Source: Flectonema sp. DT1601 (Eukaryota). Taken from it: DNA of 64,000 nucleotides. Each line of letters begins with the position of its first letter. Position 1 is the first letter of the stretch. The stretch lies in NCBI GenBank assembly GCA_964019425.1, contig OZ025787.1, positions 310,001 to 374,000 on the forward strand, written 5' to 3'. Shown one piece after another: positions 12,168 to 25,336 of the stretch. A program made the translations under genes and the position numbers. The notes beneath the pieces are model-generated. The model worked only from the letters and a program-made list of their open reading frames with translations, searched no databases and had not been told where the DNA came from.

Positions 12168-12546
12168 ATCGCAATTACAGACTGTGTAAGAAGAAGGACT
12201 TTATATAGATTAAATAATCACACACATAACTTAGAGTTTGCAAACAATAATCTAAGTAGCCAACAAGTTGTCGTCTGTAATACGTGGCATCACATAAAAC
12301 AGAACGACCAGTTCTTTATGAGTGGTTGTTTGGAACCCTGTATAAAAATAATCTGAAAAGAAAAAGGGGGAAAAAAAACTCGAAAACGACAGACGAAACC
12401 AACGCATAAGTCATCGCAAACAGCAACAAACCAAATCAAGGAAAAAAAAAAAAAAAAAAAATACAAATGATCGGCAATGTGTTTGTAATATTTCTTTGAG
12501 TAAGAATATCAAACACAGTCAATCTAATGTTTATTATACAAAAGGG

Positions 12547-14502
12547 TCAGTCAAGTGCCCATTTCATGTCCGAAGGTTTTGATGACAGTAAAGGGATTCC
12601 CGTATTACTTAGATACCTCTGAACTAAAGGTGAGCTATCCATTGTTGAGAAGAAACCTCCTGTTGCACCACTACGGCGAGAACGGCTTTGTTCACGAGAT
12701 CTAGACCCAGTTTCATACCAAGGTTGATTACTCTGTTTTTGTTTCCATGCTTCAAGAATAGTATCTTTCGCAGTGACTGCTGTGTCTCTTAGAGATATAT
12801 CTGTACTTCCGCAATTGAGTTTATTATTACCCGATTGAATTAATTCTAATTCTTGTTTACACGCTCGTAATGATTTGACCATGTCTTGAGTAGCATCAAC
12901 AGAAAGACATCCGATTACTTTAACAACTGATCTTGTTGAAGTATCAATTGATATCGTGTGTTCCTTTTCTTCCATTGAACTGATACTGTCAGCTGGTTTT
13001 ATAGATTGCTTCTTACTCAATCTCATTGTTGGGAGTAAGCTGACTGACGCTGGTTCACTTATATCTGATGGAAATAGATTGTTGCTGTCAGGAGGTAACC
13101 ACGAAGGACTTTTTTTGCCTCGACGACGTTGTGGATTTGGAGTTATGTGTTGAATGCGGGGAGTCGATTGAAGCGAAACACCACCTGGTGGATGTGATGT
13201 GGCGGTAAACGAACTAACCTGAGGCTCCAATGTGAGCATCGAATTGTCAGGCGTGGCGGTATCACACGGGACCTCCGATTCTGATTTTTGAAACTTTCGA
13301 TTACTCCCAGTCACCGAGGACGAGATTCGTCTACCACTTGGAATACCACTTCTACGAACTGACTTTTTAGGAGGGTGGGGTTGAGCACGTTCAACACCAC
13401 CCAACCAATAAGTCAATCTCTTAATTAAAATCTTATGATAATCCGCATTCTCTAAGTGAACCTGAGCATACGGCACTGCAGTAGCAATAGCTGAGAACAA
13501 TCCTTCTGATAAAACATCTGAGAAGAGAGGAAGTACTACAGACCGTTGTCGTTTTGTTAATCTATTTAAGATTCTAACATAAGAATAAGACATTTGGTTA
13601 AATAATTTATGCATCTGTACTTCGTTATGTTGAATACGAAGTTTCTCTTCCACAAGGGTCTTAGCCCAAGGCGTGTTGGGACACTTTAGAGTGCTGAGTA
13701 AAGTAGTGTCTAACTCAGAATTAATACAAGTTAGTGAAAACAGATCCTTATTACCACGTGATGATGATAAAGGAGATGTTACTCCGCCTGTTTCATCAGA
13801 AGACATGTTGTGAATCCACCTTCTTCTGAATGGAACTCTTGACAGGTGTTGAGGAACACTTTTCTCAGTCATACCCCCCTGAAGTAATGACGGAAACAAG
13901 CTACTCGGTGACATAGGCTGCGGTTCATAACTAGCAAGAGAACCATCAACAAGATGTGCTATTAATTCCTGTGCCGGTAAGATGTCAACATCACTCAAGA
14001 AACACCACCAAAAGGCATCGATAAACATATCTCTAAAGTCTTTTGATGATATTACTGTAGAAGCTTCCCTTCGTAGGTTATTGATGTTGGTTCTTTTCTC
14101 AACCAGAGTCAGAGCATCTCGTAGTATCTGTGTTGCTGATAATTGTACTCCCTGTTGTATTGGCAGGTCTTCTCCGTTTATATATTTTATTTTAACTACT
14201 GAAAATCCTTCTTCGGATCTCTTTGATGACGGGGTTACTAACTGTGCTTGTGATGATCTTCTTCGGGTTGGTCCTCTTTGTCTTGGGACAGCTAACTCAG
14301 CAGGGTCTAAAGCAATACAAGGCGGTCCTCCTTTACTTTCAGACTCAACAAAAGATACAACAGTTGTTGTTGTTGTAGTAGTAGTAGAAGTAGCAGCAGT
14401 ACCCTCCACTACTGGTATATTCAACGTACTATCAGGTGATTGTGTTGCTGCTATTACTGGAAACTGCTGAGCCACAGGAGGTGGACGTGGGATCAGCAAC
14501 AT
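12547..14502 (-). CDS. FAM227: FAM227-like (FWWh domain) protein
   Basis: Motifs DMFIDAFWWCFL, KLFNQMSYSYVRIL, DVLSEGLFSAIATAVP, LTYWLGG resemble the FWWh/FAM227 pattern. First ATG at 14502; the ORF-track extension is a non-ATG start in A/T-rich leader. Confidence 0.7.
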   Translation of the reverse strand: MLLIPRPPPVAQQFPVIAATQSPDSTLNIPVVEGTAATSTTTTTTTTVVSFVESESKGGPPCIALDPAELAVPRQRGPTRRRSSQAQLVTPSSKRSEEGFSVVKIKYINGEDLPIQQGVQLSATQILRDALTLVEKRTNINNLRREASTVISSKDFRDMFIDAFWWCFLSDVDILPAQELIAHLVDGSLASYEPQPMSPSSLFPSLLQGGMTEKSVPQHLSRVPFRRRWIHNMSSDETGGVTSPLSSSRGNKDLFSLTCINSELDTTLLSTLKCPNTPWAKTLVEEKLRIQHNEVQMHKLFNQMSYSYVRILNRLTKRQRSVVLPLFSDVLSEGLFSAIATAVPYAQVHLENADYHKILIKRLTYWLGGVERAQPHPPKKSVRRSGIPSGRRISSSVTGSNRKFQKSESEVPCDTATPDNSMLTLEPQVSSFTATSHPPGGVSLQSTPRIQHITPNPQRRRGKKSPSWLPPDSNNLFPSDISEPASVSLLPTMRLSKKQSIKPADSISSMEEKEHTISIDTSTRSVVKVIGCLSVDATQDMVKSLRACKQELELIQSGNNKLNCGSTDISLRDTAVTAKDTILEAWKQKQSNQPWYETGSRSREQSRSRRSGATGGFFSTMDSSPLVQRYLSNTGIPLLSSKPSDMKWALD

Positions 14503-15224
14503 TGATGTACCCTTCCGATTCCTGTCGTAGTTTAATACAGGGTTTTTTTTTATTTTTAATTTCTTAATAAAACTATTAAACTTCAACAATAATAACGACT
14601 ACGTGGTATTCTCCTGTTATAACTGAAAGATAACGTGAATGAGAAATCAGAATTTATTTAAGCGAGCAAATAGTCATTTGGATCACTGTTCAGGGTCATA
14701 GTTTTGTGACTTCTCTTGTAAGGAAATAAAAAAATTCAAAATTTGGTTTTTTTTTTTTTTTTTAAATTTAAGCGAACACTTTATCACCTTATGTTCTCAC
14801 ACGGTACTTAGATTATCGATGTCTACCCCACCCTCCTCTTCTTTTTTTTTTTTTTTTTTTTTTTCCTCTTTTTATTAAAACATACAAAAAAAAAACAAAG
14901 AAAGAAAGAAATAAACAGTTCAGTAAGCGTTCACTCCTACCCTCCAAGTCAAAAAAAAGTTCTTATAAAAAATTAAAAAAAGAAGCCTTAAAGTACAAAT
15001 ACTTTACTGGCTGTTATCCTCTTTTTTTTTTTTTAAATAAAGTTACAAATAGTCTTTGATAACTCAATAAATGAATATGTGACTTGTATTGTGAAATAAC
15101 ATTTGCGACCATCTTCTATACCAAACACATCTCAATAATATCAGTTAGTGACTTCCTGTTCTCTTGGGTGAAACAGAAAGGAGCTGCTAGAGGTCCATCC
15201 TTAGTAGTAGTCAGGAAGATTGCA

Positions 15225-18200
15225 TTAAATCTTTGGAACCCACTTAGCTGCCCACACGGAATCATTAAAGAACGGTAGCATGCTGTGATTATTATTATTT
15301 TTTAGATATTTTTTTTCTTTCTTTCAAAGGATACTGTTTGTTTGTACGAATCGGGAAAAGAAAAAAAAAAAGGACATACCAACCAATGAGTACAATACCG
15401 ATGGTCAATCTCATGCACTCAGTGCCAGCGAGGACGAATAATATTGAAGCTGTGATGATGATTGCTGTGTCAATACCTCCTTGTTTTCTGCGGGCTCGAG
15501 AATCAATCCAGAGATCGTACATAACAGCCACAGCTATTGCTAGTGTAAGCATTAATATGGTTAGTTGAACGGCAAATGAAAGAGGAGATCGTTTAATCAT
15601 TGCAGGTAACTCTATCCAAGCAATCTCCCATACTAAGGTAACGATTGCTGCCGCCATTGGTGGAACATATCGAACTAGTTGTTCAGGGTCGTTGAGTCCT
15701 TCAAATAGCCAACCGTCATCACTCATTAAAAGGAATAGTGGTGCCATAATTACTGGTAGAGTTGATGATCCCACAGCACCCAAATCATTCCTCAAAACCA
15801 ACAGTGAGATATATCCTTGAACCACAGCTATGTTTCCTAGCAGACCAAAATGAGTACCACCACCGATGTTGCTTCGCATGTCATCCACACGAGACACGTT
15901 TCTTGGCATCAACACAGGTCGTTCAACTAATTTTAACTTCACAAGACCAGCTAAGAGTAAATTAATACCAATACTCAAACTGAGAATAGCACCTTGGCGT
16001 TGCATTGTTGTCTCAAATTGCAAGTTTGGATCAAATTCTGCTGGAACACTCCACTGAGCATCAAATAATGAAGCTAAGAGGGTTACCAATGCTCCAGTGT
16101 ACAATCCCCAAACAGAGTTGCTATCTTCTTTTTGAGCGGAGACGGAAAAGTGAATTAAGTCAATACAAAGTACAACCAATCCTATCACCAATGAAGTTAA
16201 TAAGAATGTGTGCCAATTCGCATATGGAATGAACATTGCAGTGAATGAACATCCACACATTATGGAGACAGTAGTCCACCAGGTAAATCTAACAGCCACT
16301 GAGTCAGGCATTGTTACGATATTAAGAAGTGTTGCACAAGATGCTAATAATGATCCAATCCCAACATAAAATGCCCAACTCGGAGGTGAATAAATATCCA
16401 TCTCAAGAGCATTTGATGCTTCCGGATTCTCAAAAACAGGATCCATCAAAGCAATGATTGCACCGATTATGATAAGCCCAGCTGTTATTCTTTTGAATCT
16501 ATTTTCAGCAGCAGGTAACAGAGATGTTAACGGAAGACATAGTACTCCAGCAAATATTGACACTAAACCAATCAATCGACCTGTCTCTACTTCTGAATCT
16601 TCAGTCGTCAGTTCAAGTAGCGACAACACTACAGAATTCCTTGAAATAATCGACACCAACACAGCGCAACTTAGATACACAATTGTGAGTACCTTTACGT
16701 TAGCTCTTCTCTTTTTTTCCATTCTTTCAAAGTAGAGTTGAATCACAATACCAGACATGACCGCAACCATTATCGTGCAAAGTATCAGAGTGTACTTACC
16801 AAAAGCATGGTCATACAACTCACTGTCCACGTCTGGTAGAGTCACGCACATCATAAACAAATAAGTTTTTGCAATATAAAGACCGCAGTTTGCCTATTTT
16901 TTTTTTTTTTTTTTTCCCTTCCATGAAATCACTACTAAGTACCACGTATCACATCGAAAACTATATAACACATACCGCAGCCTGAGGCTTAGTGAGTTTC
17001 TTATTTGTTAACAATGTGGCTGTGAAGTAAATTCCCCACACAGATGTACCTATCACACAATACGACGGATATAAATTTTCAGGTTGACTGTATAAGATAT
17101 GCTCAACGGCAGTAAGTGCCAATACCTGTTTATTTTTTTTTATATTTTTTTTTGTCACTTCACGTTAGGTGTTGATGATATAAATAAAAGCCATACCTGC
17201 TGCAACAATGCCAGGAAGAATGCTTCTGTTGCCGCTGTCATCCCCATCGGAAAGATGAAACATTGTAAAAGATACAGCCATAAAACGTATATTGAAAGTC
17301 TGTATTTGTTTATTTATTTATTGTGTAATTTGTTAATAAAAGATAATAACAAACAAAAGACATACTGTGACAGAGATATTGTCTCAGCCCCACCAAGAAT
17401 GCTGAGATTAACTTGTAAGAAGGAGAACGACTGATACATCCACGCAGTTATCATTATAAAGGTGGCAGCAGCAAAAGTTAAGAAATTATTAATATTTTTT
17501 GGTTCTAAACAGAAAGATGTTAAGCTTGCAGCTGCCAAAGCTGAACAGCAAACCATAAATCGAGGCATTCCAACTGCTGTCGTGAAAGTTGTGGCGGCGA
17601 CTATTGAGCAAGCGAGGATACCACACCATCGAGAGGCTCTTTGAAATTGTGTGATTTCCTTACTTTCGACCAGTTTAACACTCCAGTAGATGACAATAGA
17701 CCCGGCGTAAGCTGCAATGCAAACCAACACAATGTTATAAGGAGGAGCTATTTTCGTAAATAAATGAGCAAACCTTCCGAATACTACTCGGTACACCACC
17801 CAATGAAGAATTAATAAATATGCTCCGATGAGAAGTACAATTCTCATGAGAGACAAGTTGAGAATATCATCCGAGTCTTTGTAATTCTTCGAAAACGGGT
17901 TCAGATGTAAAAACCAAAGCCTCGTTCTCGTATCATAAAACAAGTACAGAATTGGAACAGCCAACAAAGTCAACAAGTTCAGTATATACAAAGCAGAAAT
18001 AGGTTCTTTATAATGAATAACAGCCTGTAACAACATCGGCATAACCACCACTCCTGTAGTAAATACTGCTGCCTCAAGACGACCATTGATGTAGTTTTCA
18101 GGCACCGCATCTGCGGTAAGTGCCTGTTTGAAACTGCTATTATGTAGAGTGTAAAAGCAATGGTGGAGAGCACACATGACTGTTGCTAGAACAAATGCCG

Positions 18201-18984
18201 CTAACTGTGATCCAAAGAAGGTTACTATTGTAGCGAATAGTAGAGGAAGACAGACGATAGGTGAGAGTCCGAATAGTAGTCTTTCTATAACTAGTGCTAG
18301 TTCCGGTGCTTGCATCTGAAGCCATTTGAATTGAATTGTAGCAAATAACCCGACGATGAATAAATAAAAAGTTGAGTTTAGAAGAATGAAAACATTCAAC
18401 CAAGACATCATTAATAACGTCACGTTTGAAAAATACAATCCAAGCCAAACAGAACCAACGCAACACCAAACTGAAATGAGTGCGAGTTGTCTACAATTCG
18501 TATAATCAAACATATAAGTTGCGATGATACCAACTAATAATGTTCCTAAGACGTTTCTACCGCAGATTGCTAATACGGGTAGCAGACAGGTGAATAATAA
18601 TATACTTAAGCGAGGGATAAAGTTTAAATATCCCGCCGTGAACTCTACTTTGAATCCCTCATTACTTACAGTCCTCCCACTTCTTGACATGTACTCTTGT
18701 TGAGTTGCTTCTTGTTGTTGGTGTCGATTTATAACAGTAGTGTCGTCAGGTTTTTCTTTTGTTAATGTCGGTATCACATCACCACCCATTGCTTGTTTAT
18801 GGCTGTCAATTAGATGGTGAATTGCTTGATCTACTTCTTGTTCCATAACTTGCTGCTGAGTTACTTGTGGCAGTCCAATCGGTGGTGTTAAATCAGTGTT
18901 CTGACCATACAACGGCACAGCACCATATCCAGAAGCCGGAACCCCCTGAACCGGAGGTGGTGGTGGTGGCAATGGGGAAGCCAT
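15225..18984 (-). CDS. NEF1: NEF1 (NO EXINE FORMATION 1)-like polytopic membrane protein, 5 exons
   Basis: Motif IQFKWLQMQAPELALVIERLLFG plus many TM helices. Frame-preserving GT-AG introns at 17365-17300, 17196-17126, 16975-16894 and 15379-15283; last exon reads MLPFFNDSVWAAKWVPKI-TAA. Confidence 0.75.
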
Positions 18985-19385
18985 CCCCTCCCTGAGATAC
19001 CTAAAAAATAAAAAATAACAATTATGAAGACAAATAAAACTTATGATCTAAAATTTTATAATAAAAATAAAAAATCAAAATACTAACTGTGAAGCCAAAG
19101 ACAAAAGCAAGAATCTCAAACCAAAAATCTCGCGGAAGCGATTGCGGTTGTCGATCAAGCACAAATAATACAAAAAAAACTCAAATGTCCAAGTAGGCAC
19201 AAAATGAATTGCACAAGAGTAGAACAGTAAGAACCGCCTTATAGCGTCCTTATAGCGTACTAGAACAGAATGTCTCTTCCTCACAACAAGATAAGGGTTA
19301 AAGGTTCTGAGCCCACGAGAGGTCCTGAGAGACACTTCGCAGACCCAAACCAGAACACGAATAGACTTATAAGATTACTTCTATT

Positions 19386-20578
19386 CTATTTGGTGTCTTT
19401 TCCAGAAGCCTTTTGCGCCCTTTGAGCAATTTCATTGTGCAGTTCTTCCTTTAACTTTGCCACAATTGGAATTGAATGCGGAGAGAGAAACAGTGATGTC
19501 AGATAAGAAGACCTCTCAACTGCGTATTGGAGTTCATCAAACTGATTTAGTTTTTTTTATAATTCAACAACTACTCCTCCGCTAACATTCTTAATAGCGT
19601 AGTTGATAACTAAAGTGATTACACATACAGAACACTCACCTCTTTCGAATAGAAGAAGGCTGGGAGATGTCATAAGTAAGTTTATAACCTTCGTGGTGAT
19701 TCCTTCAGATGTATTACGAACCTGTTTCAAGATAGCACTAAGTTCGAATAGTGTTACAGTTCCATGACCCATCTTTTCTTGACGCATAACCTCCCAGGCT
19801 TCTGAAAGCTGTCCGCGAGGATCAGGATTTCCCAAAGGTCGATTCATAGTTGAAAAGAATCGAAGATACTCTACCTCTCCGGCATGAGATGCATCGAAAG
19901 AGTCGAATAAGTAGTTAATTTCCTTTATGCATACCTAGTTGGTTTGTTGTTTCTTTTTATTGAAAAAAAAAAAAAAAAAAAAACCTCTTTTGTAAAATAA
20001 GAAAAATACCAAACCTGATGTCCAGGTATAAATACTCTAATTAATGATATGAAATCAGGTTTAGTAATCGACCCGTTTGATCTCATTAAAGATCGAAATA
20101 TTTTACGCATTCGATCGTTATCAACATTTCGTAGACGAGCTATGAGAGTACTGCGAGCTCTAATCTCATTAGTGAAAAGTGATTTAATAACAGCTGGTGG
20201 ATTCTTCCTCATCGACACAACATGTGTAAGACCACCCCCATCTTTTGCTATTGATAATGCGACTTTTTTCTTTCTTCTCATATCGAACGAGTCTAACTCC
20301 GATTGAACAAATGAACACAAACAACAACTTCCACTTTCTTTATTAAGAGGAATGTAGTTGGTATCACTGAGTGTTGATTGTTGAATTGAATGTCGGGATC
20401 GATGACTTAGCCACTTCGCTCCACTTGGCTGTTCCTTCTGTGGTGGAGTTGGTTTTATAAAAAAACTACCACCACCCTCACCTCTGTCAACTAAAAAGAC
20501 GCCACCAGGAGGAGGAGGTCCTTTCCAGCTAACAGTAGCTGTATGTGGTCGTTTGTGAGAACCAATTACCAACGTCAT
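19386..20578 (-). CDS. EF-hand domain protein, 3 exons
   Basis: Introns 20014-19935 and 19628-19542 join into one frame. EF-like loops SNGSITKPDF, FDSFDASHAGEVEYLRF, GHGTVTLFEL, RGECSFDEL; ends KASGKDTK-TAG. Confidence 0.75.
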
Positions 20579-21101
20579 TTTATAAAGAGGTAACTGTTGT
20601 AAGCAAGCAAAAATATTTTTTTAAAAAAACACATTGAGTTGAGATATCATTTTTGTGGTCTTTTAATGAAAAATACTTTGTAATTAACGAAACGCGAAGA
20701 AAATAGAAAGTTAAATCTGAATTGGCTGCTAGACAGTTCAGTCGTTGCAGAGACACAAGACAAATTGACTCGTCATTTTCCTTTTTTTTTTTTTTTTTTT
20801 TTTGTATTTTAGCAACAAGCCCAGTGTTAACAGGAGTAATAAGAAAAAATATTTAATTTAGTTAGGAACAAAAAAATTTCTTTTTTTATAAAAAAAGATT
20901 GAAAAAAAAAAAAAAACTGGTGCATATCAAAAAAAAAAAAACTATTAGCGGTAACCTATTTTTCAGTACCATGTTTTTTTTTTTTTTTTTGTTTCCCCCT
21001 TTTTGTAATTATTGTCTTACATCGAATACAATAACAAAAGTAACAAATGGATCATAAAGTCATAAACCACAACAGTGAATATAATATAGGAACAAGATGC
21101 T

Positions 21102-21584
21102 CTATTCCCAATAGCATCCAAAACAAAGAGCGCAACACCAGAGATGTTGATTCTTAAAGACCGCTTCTGCAAAGTTATCTTGATCAGGATCCCACAGACA
21201 TCGAGAAGCAATTCGTATGCCTTGTCCCTTTGCTTCTGTGATATTAACTTGAATGACTATTTTATAGCGTTCATATCCCATCTTCTTTACTGCTGTTTGG
21301 ATTTCAGTGCAGAGCTCTTTGGTGAGGGAGCTTTGTTCAGTGGGATCGTATTCCTTGTCCTGTTTTAGTTTAGTTTAGTTTGAGTTTGCTATGTAATAAC
21401 ACAATAATAGAATCCAACACACCTGAAGTTTCTTCTGCAGAATAGTAGACATAGTAATCTCAACGTCCCTTTTCAGGAACTTCGTCCCTTCTCTTGGCTT
21501 CATTTGATAAGTTGGATTTAATATCTTCACTCGTTGTTGACCATCCCCGACAGGTGCATCAGCAGGATTTTGCTTTGCCGCCAT
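21102..21584 (-). CDS. TCTEX1D2: Tctex-1 family dynein light chain (TCTEX1D2/DYNLT2B-like), 2 exons
   Basis: Intron 21422-21360. Spliced product NPTYQMKP...RYKIVIQVNITEAKGQGIRIASRCLWDPDQDNFAEAVFKNQHLWCCALCFGCYWE-stop matches the Tctex-1 family pattern. Confidence 0.88.
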
Positions 21585-22108
21585 TTTCTTGTCAGAAAGG
21601 GGAAACACACACTGAAAAAAAAAAAAAGGTTATTATCGATAGAAACAGCTCAACTGTTTCTTATATTCTTTCACAATAAAAACATTCTTCTGTTTCTGTA
21701 ATTAAAGAAAACATATTTAATACGAAATATTAACCCAACGAATGCAATTTCGAGTATACACAATCCAAGCATATAGTTGCTTTATTTTTCGTTTGCCTTG
21801 ACTAGGAATTGTACTCTTATATTACAACCCCTACGTCAGCATACCCGAGAAAGACAGAACAAACCAAATCAATACAACGAGGGGATAAATTGATACCGAA
21901 ATCAACCATGAAGCAATCAGATAAAAAACTGAAAATGACGGGTTGCTAACAATAGTCGGTAGGGAGAATAAAGGAATATAACTACCTGTGATTTAAACCT
22001 GAATGTGTCATGAGTGTGTTGTGTAAGCAGCTCCTTTTGTTAAAGTAATAAAACAACTGAATGAGAGTGATTACGATCTCTCTGTCATCATCCTCTACCG
22101 GGTCTGTT

Positions 22109-22876
22109 TTATTTCTTTTTTAAAAAGTCCCACCACTCAGAATCTTTTGGAATTTTAGGAAGAGAATTGACAACCGAAATATCTTCCTGAGATCTGCGAG
22201 TTGCAGATGGAGGAGGAGGAGCAGCAGGTTGTGTTATTTTATCAACGGAACACTTTGGAACTGTTGAAGCCGCGTTAACCCAATACGACGATGAGTAGGT
22301 TGGTTCAGCATACGCTTTATCACCAAGTGTTGCGAGAGATACGTTATTTCGTTTTTGTAAAGACGTGTGAGAGATTCTTTTCTTAGTCATCATTGAGGAA
22401 GTGAACTCATCTGATTGAGTGTAATTGATAGGATTTCCGTTACCATCTCTAACAGTTCGTCTGGTTTGAAATAACTTCTCAGAACTAACTGTAGCAGGTC
22501 CCGATAACAACATCTTTCCAGTAGCCGGATTATCATTTATAGGAGTCGGATGTACAAAACGTTTTCCAGTTTGACGTTCTTTTATTATCGGTGGTGGGAC
22601 TTGAGCCATTACACTTCTCCATTTGTATTCCTGACCTCGTTGTTCAGAAAATACTCTTTTTCCTCTCTGTGCAGGTGAGGGATTATCTACTTGCAGTCCT
22701 TTACCGATTGTACACTTTCCAGTTGTTTCATTTCTACTTTTTGATTGCATTCTCCATCTCGGAGAACTACCTTCAATTTGTTGACCATTTCGTGGTGACG
22801 GAACATGAATAGGAATTGGTGTTGTGTAGACTTCCTTTAATAATTTTCCCTGTTGGATGTTTGGCAAGGACGTCAT
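22109..22876 (-). CDS. Hypothetical protein with SPATS1/SASRP1-like C-terminal motif
   Basis: RNNVSLATLGDKAYAEPTYSSSYW...EDISVVNSL resembles the SPATS1 conserved block as recalled; first ATG at 22876. Confidence 0.55.
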   Translation of the reverse strand: MTSLPNIQQGKLLKEVYTTPIPIHVPSPRNGQQIEGSSPRWRMQSKSRNETTGKCTIGKGLQVDNPSPAQRGKRVFSEQRGQEYKWRSVMAQVPPPIIKERQTGKRFVHPTPINDNPATGKMLLSGPATVSSEKLFQTRRTVRDGNGNPINYTQSDEFTSSMMTKKRISHTSLQKRNNVSLATLGDKAYAEPTYSSSYWVNAASTVPKCSVDKITQPAAPPPPSATRRSQEDISVVNSLPKIPKDSEWWDFLKKK

Positions 22877-23221
22877 TTGTGTTTCAAAATGATCGCTGGC
22901 TGGATATAAAAATAATGCCAATTGTATATTGTGTATGCCTTACGAAAATGCCTATGTAGATTTCGCTTCTAATCATAATTTGTAAGTTGGGAGGAAATAT
23001 ATGTAAATTAAACATTGCCTTAAAAAAAACAATAATATGTGTGTGTATGTTCGTTTTTTTTTTCTGTTTTTTTTTTTTTTTTTTTGCTTCTTTTATTTCC
23101 CTTACTCACCTAATCGTGTCTTCGCGTGGAACTGTTAGGATAGACAAGTATTGGGTTCCTTTTTTTTTTTTTTCTTGTGTTCACTCAGTATAGAATATGA
23201 ACAGTGTAATAAGAATCAATT

Positions 23222-23422
23222 TCATGGATGAACGTGACCAACAACAGGTTTCCTAACACACAATCCTGATGCTCCAAGGTGTAGCCCAGCAGGACATCCT
23301 GCAGTCATGTATCCGAGAGCGTCTCTCGATTTCTTAGCGCTTGCTGCTTTTGCATCCGCGGTCATCGAGTCGGCTACAACGCTACCGTTCATTCCACTGA
23401 GATCTGGTCCTCCGATAGTCAT
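23222..23422 (-). CDS. 66-aa small protein, copy 1 of an identical tandem pair
   Basis: Identical protein to 23688-23888; TATAG acceptor-like site about 28 nt upstream; TGA stop. Confidence 0.7.
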   Translation of the reverse strand: MTIGGPDLSGMNGSVVADSMTADAKAASAKKSRDALGYMTAGCPAGLHLGASGLCVRKPVVGHVHP

Positions 23423-23687
23423 TTTTTAAAAAGTGTTTTGTGTGTATAAACTATACAAGAAGAGATAATATAAAGTATGTAATCCATACGTTGGGCTCAG
23501 CGATGCTGTGGGTATCTTCCCACCCTTGTTTTTTTTTTGTGTCTTTTTTTTTTTTTTTTTTTTCATTCTTACCTTTGTTATTCTTTCTTAATAAATGTGT
23601 AAGCCATCGGCTGAAAGAACCTCTCTATATTAAGGTTGATTACTTCAATATGTAGGGGTGCGGTGTGTAACGACTTCTGAGACTACT

Positions 23688-23888
23688 TTATGGATGAACG
23701 TGACCAACAACAGGTTTCCTAACACACAATCCTGATGCTCCAAGGTGTAGCCCAGCAGGACATCCTGCAGTCATGTATCCGAGAGCGTCTCTCGATTTCT
23801 TAGCGCTTGCTGCTTTTGCATCCGCGGTCATCGAGTCGGCTACAACGCTACCGTTCATTCCACTGAGATCTGGTCCTCCGATAGTCAT
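23688..23888 (-). CDS. 66-aa small protein, copy 2 of an identical tandem pair
   Basis: Same CDS and 5' leader as copy 1; TAA stop; unrelated 3' flank. Confidence 0.7.
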   Translation of the reverse strand: MTIGGPDLSGMNGSVVADSMTADAKAASAKKSRDALGYMTAGCPAGLHLGASGLCVRKPVVGHVHP

Positions 23889-25336
23889 TTTTTAAAAAGT
23901 GTTTTGTGTGTATAAACTATACAAGAGGACATAACATGAAGACAACCTGACAGGTATTGTGTTGGCAATAATTAGAACCCCAATCTGTATGATCACACCT
24001 GTAAAGAACAGAATACAAACAACACACACATTCCTTCTGATGACTTCACCAACGGATACTTCCATAAATAGAATAGAGAAGGGGAAGGTCGAAAAAAAGA
24101 GAAGTGATCTCAGAAAGAATAATCTACCAAACCAGCACTGGCAGCACTGATGTTAATTATGCTCGGCAGGGAAAAGTGAAAATATATTCTTTTTTTTTAA
24201 AAGCAACGACCAAACGTTGTAAAATGTCAACGGTTAGGAACGTTTATCTCACATGGTGGATGTTTTGATAATTTTACTGAAAAATTAAGATACAGGGAAA
24301 GGGGTAGCAGTGAGAATTAAAAAAAAAAAAGAAGGGAAAAAAAAATCCGCCACTCTTCATCCTTTACCTTTACCTTACTTTTCTCTCAAGAAATTCTTGA
24401 TCACTAAATCGTCACTTCACGCACAATAACTTTCAGGCACGGAACACAGAAAACTTAGTAAAATGCTCTACCGGTAAATTTATTGTATTCATTTTTTTTT
24501 AAACCTCCTCTTGATATAATGAGGGTAGAGAGAGAAGAAGATTATCGCTTCACAAGAAACGGGCGTTGTCGCCAAATTTAATTTCGTTATCGAGTTGCTT
24601 TAGTCACTTTCGGTTCTTTTTTTTTCTTATCTATAACAACAGTTGCAGAACTTTATTTATTATGGAACAAAGAAAATGATGAGCTTAGCGCAGTGTGAGA
24701 GTACAGAGTGCTTTTTACCCTAGTGATTATTTTACAATATATTTTCTCTTGTTTGCATAGAGTGCTAAGAACAAAAATCGAGTTATTTGTCAGTCGCGAG
24801 TGAAGTCAAAGGATACAGCCATTTTTTTTTTTTTTTTTTTCCAAAGCCCTCGTCGTTTACAAACAACGTCACATTTCTCATGAGCTTTTTTTTTCTTTTT
24901 CAAAAAAGAAAAAACAAAAAAAATCTATAAAATTACTAAGAAAAAGAAATAATAAGCCAAAATGTGCAAAGACTCCCCAGAACTCCGGTTATTTTTTTTT
25001 TTTTTTTTTTGAAAAACCAGTGAGACGCCTTGTTAAACTATTTGATATGAACAAAAAGAAACTATACTGCTTTGTAAAACAACACAGTAATCAGAAACGG
25101 ACTAAGGGAAGAAGAAAAAAAATAGAAACAACGACGCTCCAAACCAGCGCTAACAAACGCCGAGCCAGGAGAGTGATATTGACAAAAATAATACAACCGG
25201 CAGTATAAATAAAAACAATCCTCACAAGACTAATCCGAAGGATGTATTCCTTATTAGAATTCCAGAAAAGATGTTCCACAAAACTATACGACGAGGATGA
25301 TGATGATGGTCAGTAATAAACCTTTCAGACGAGTAC

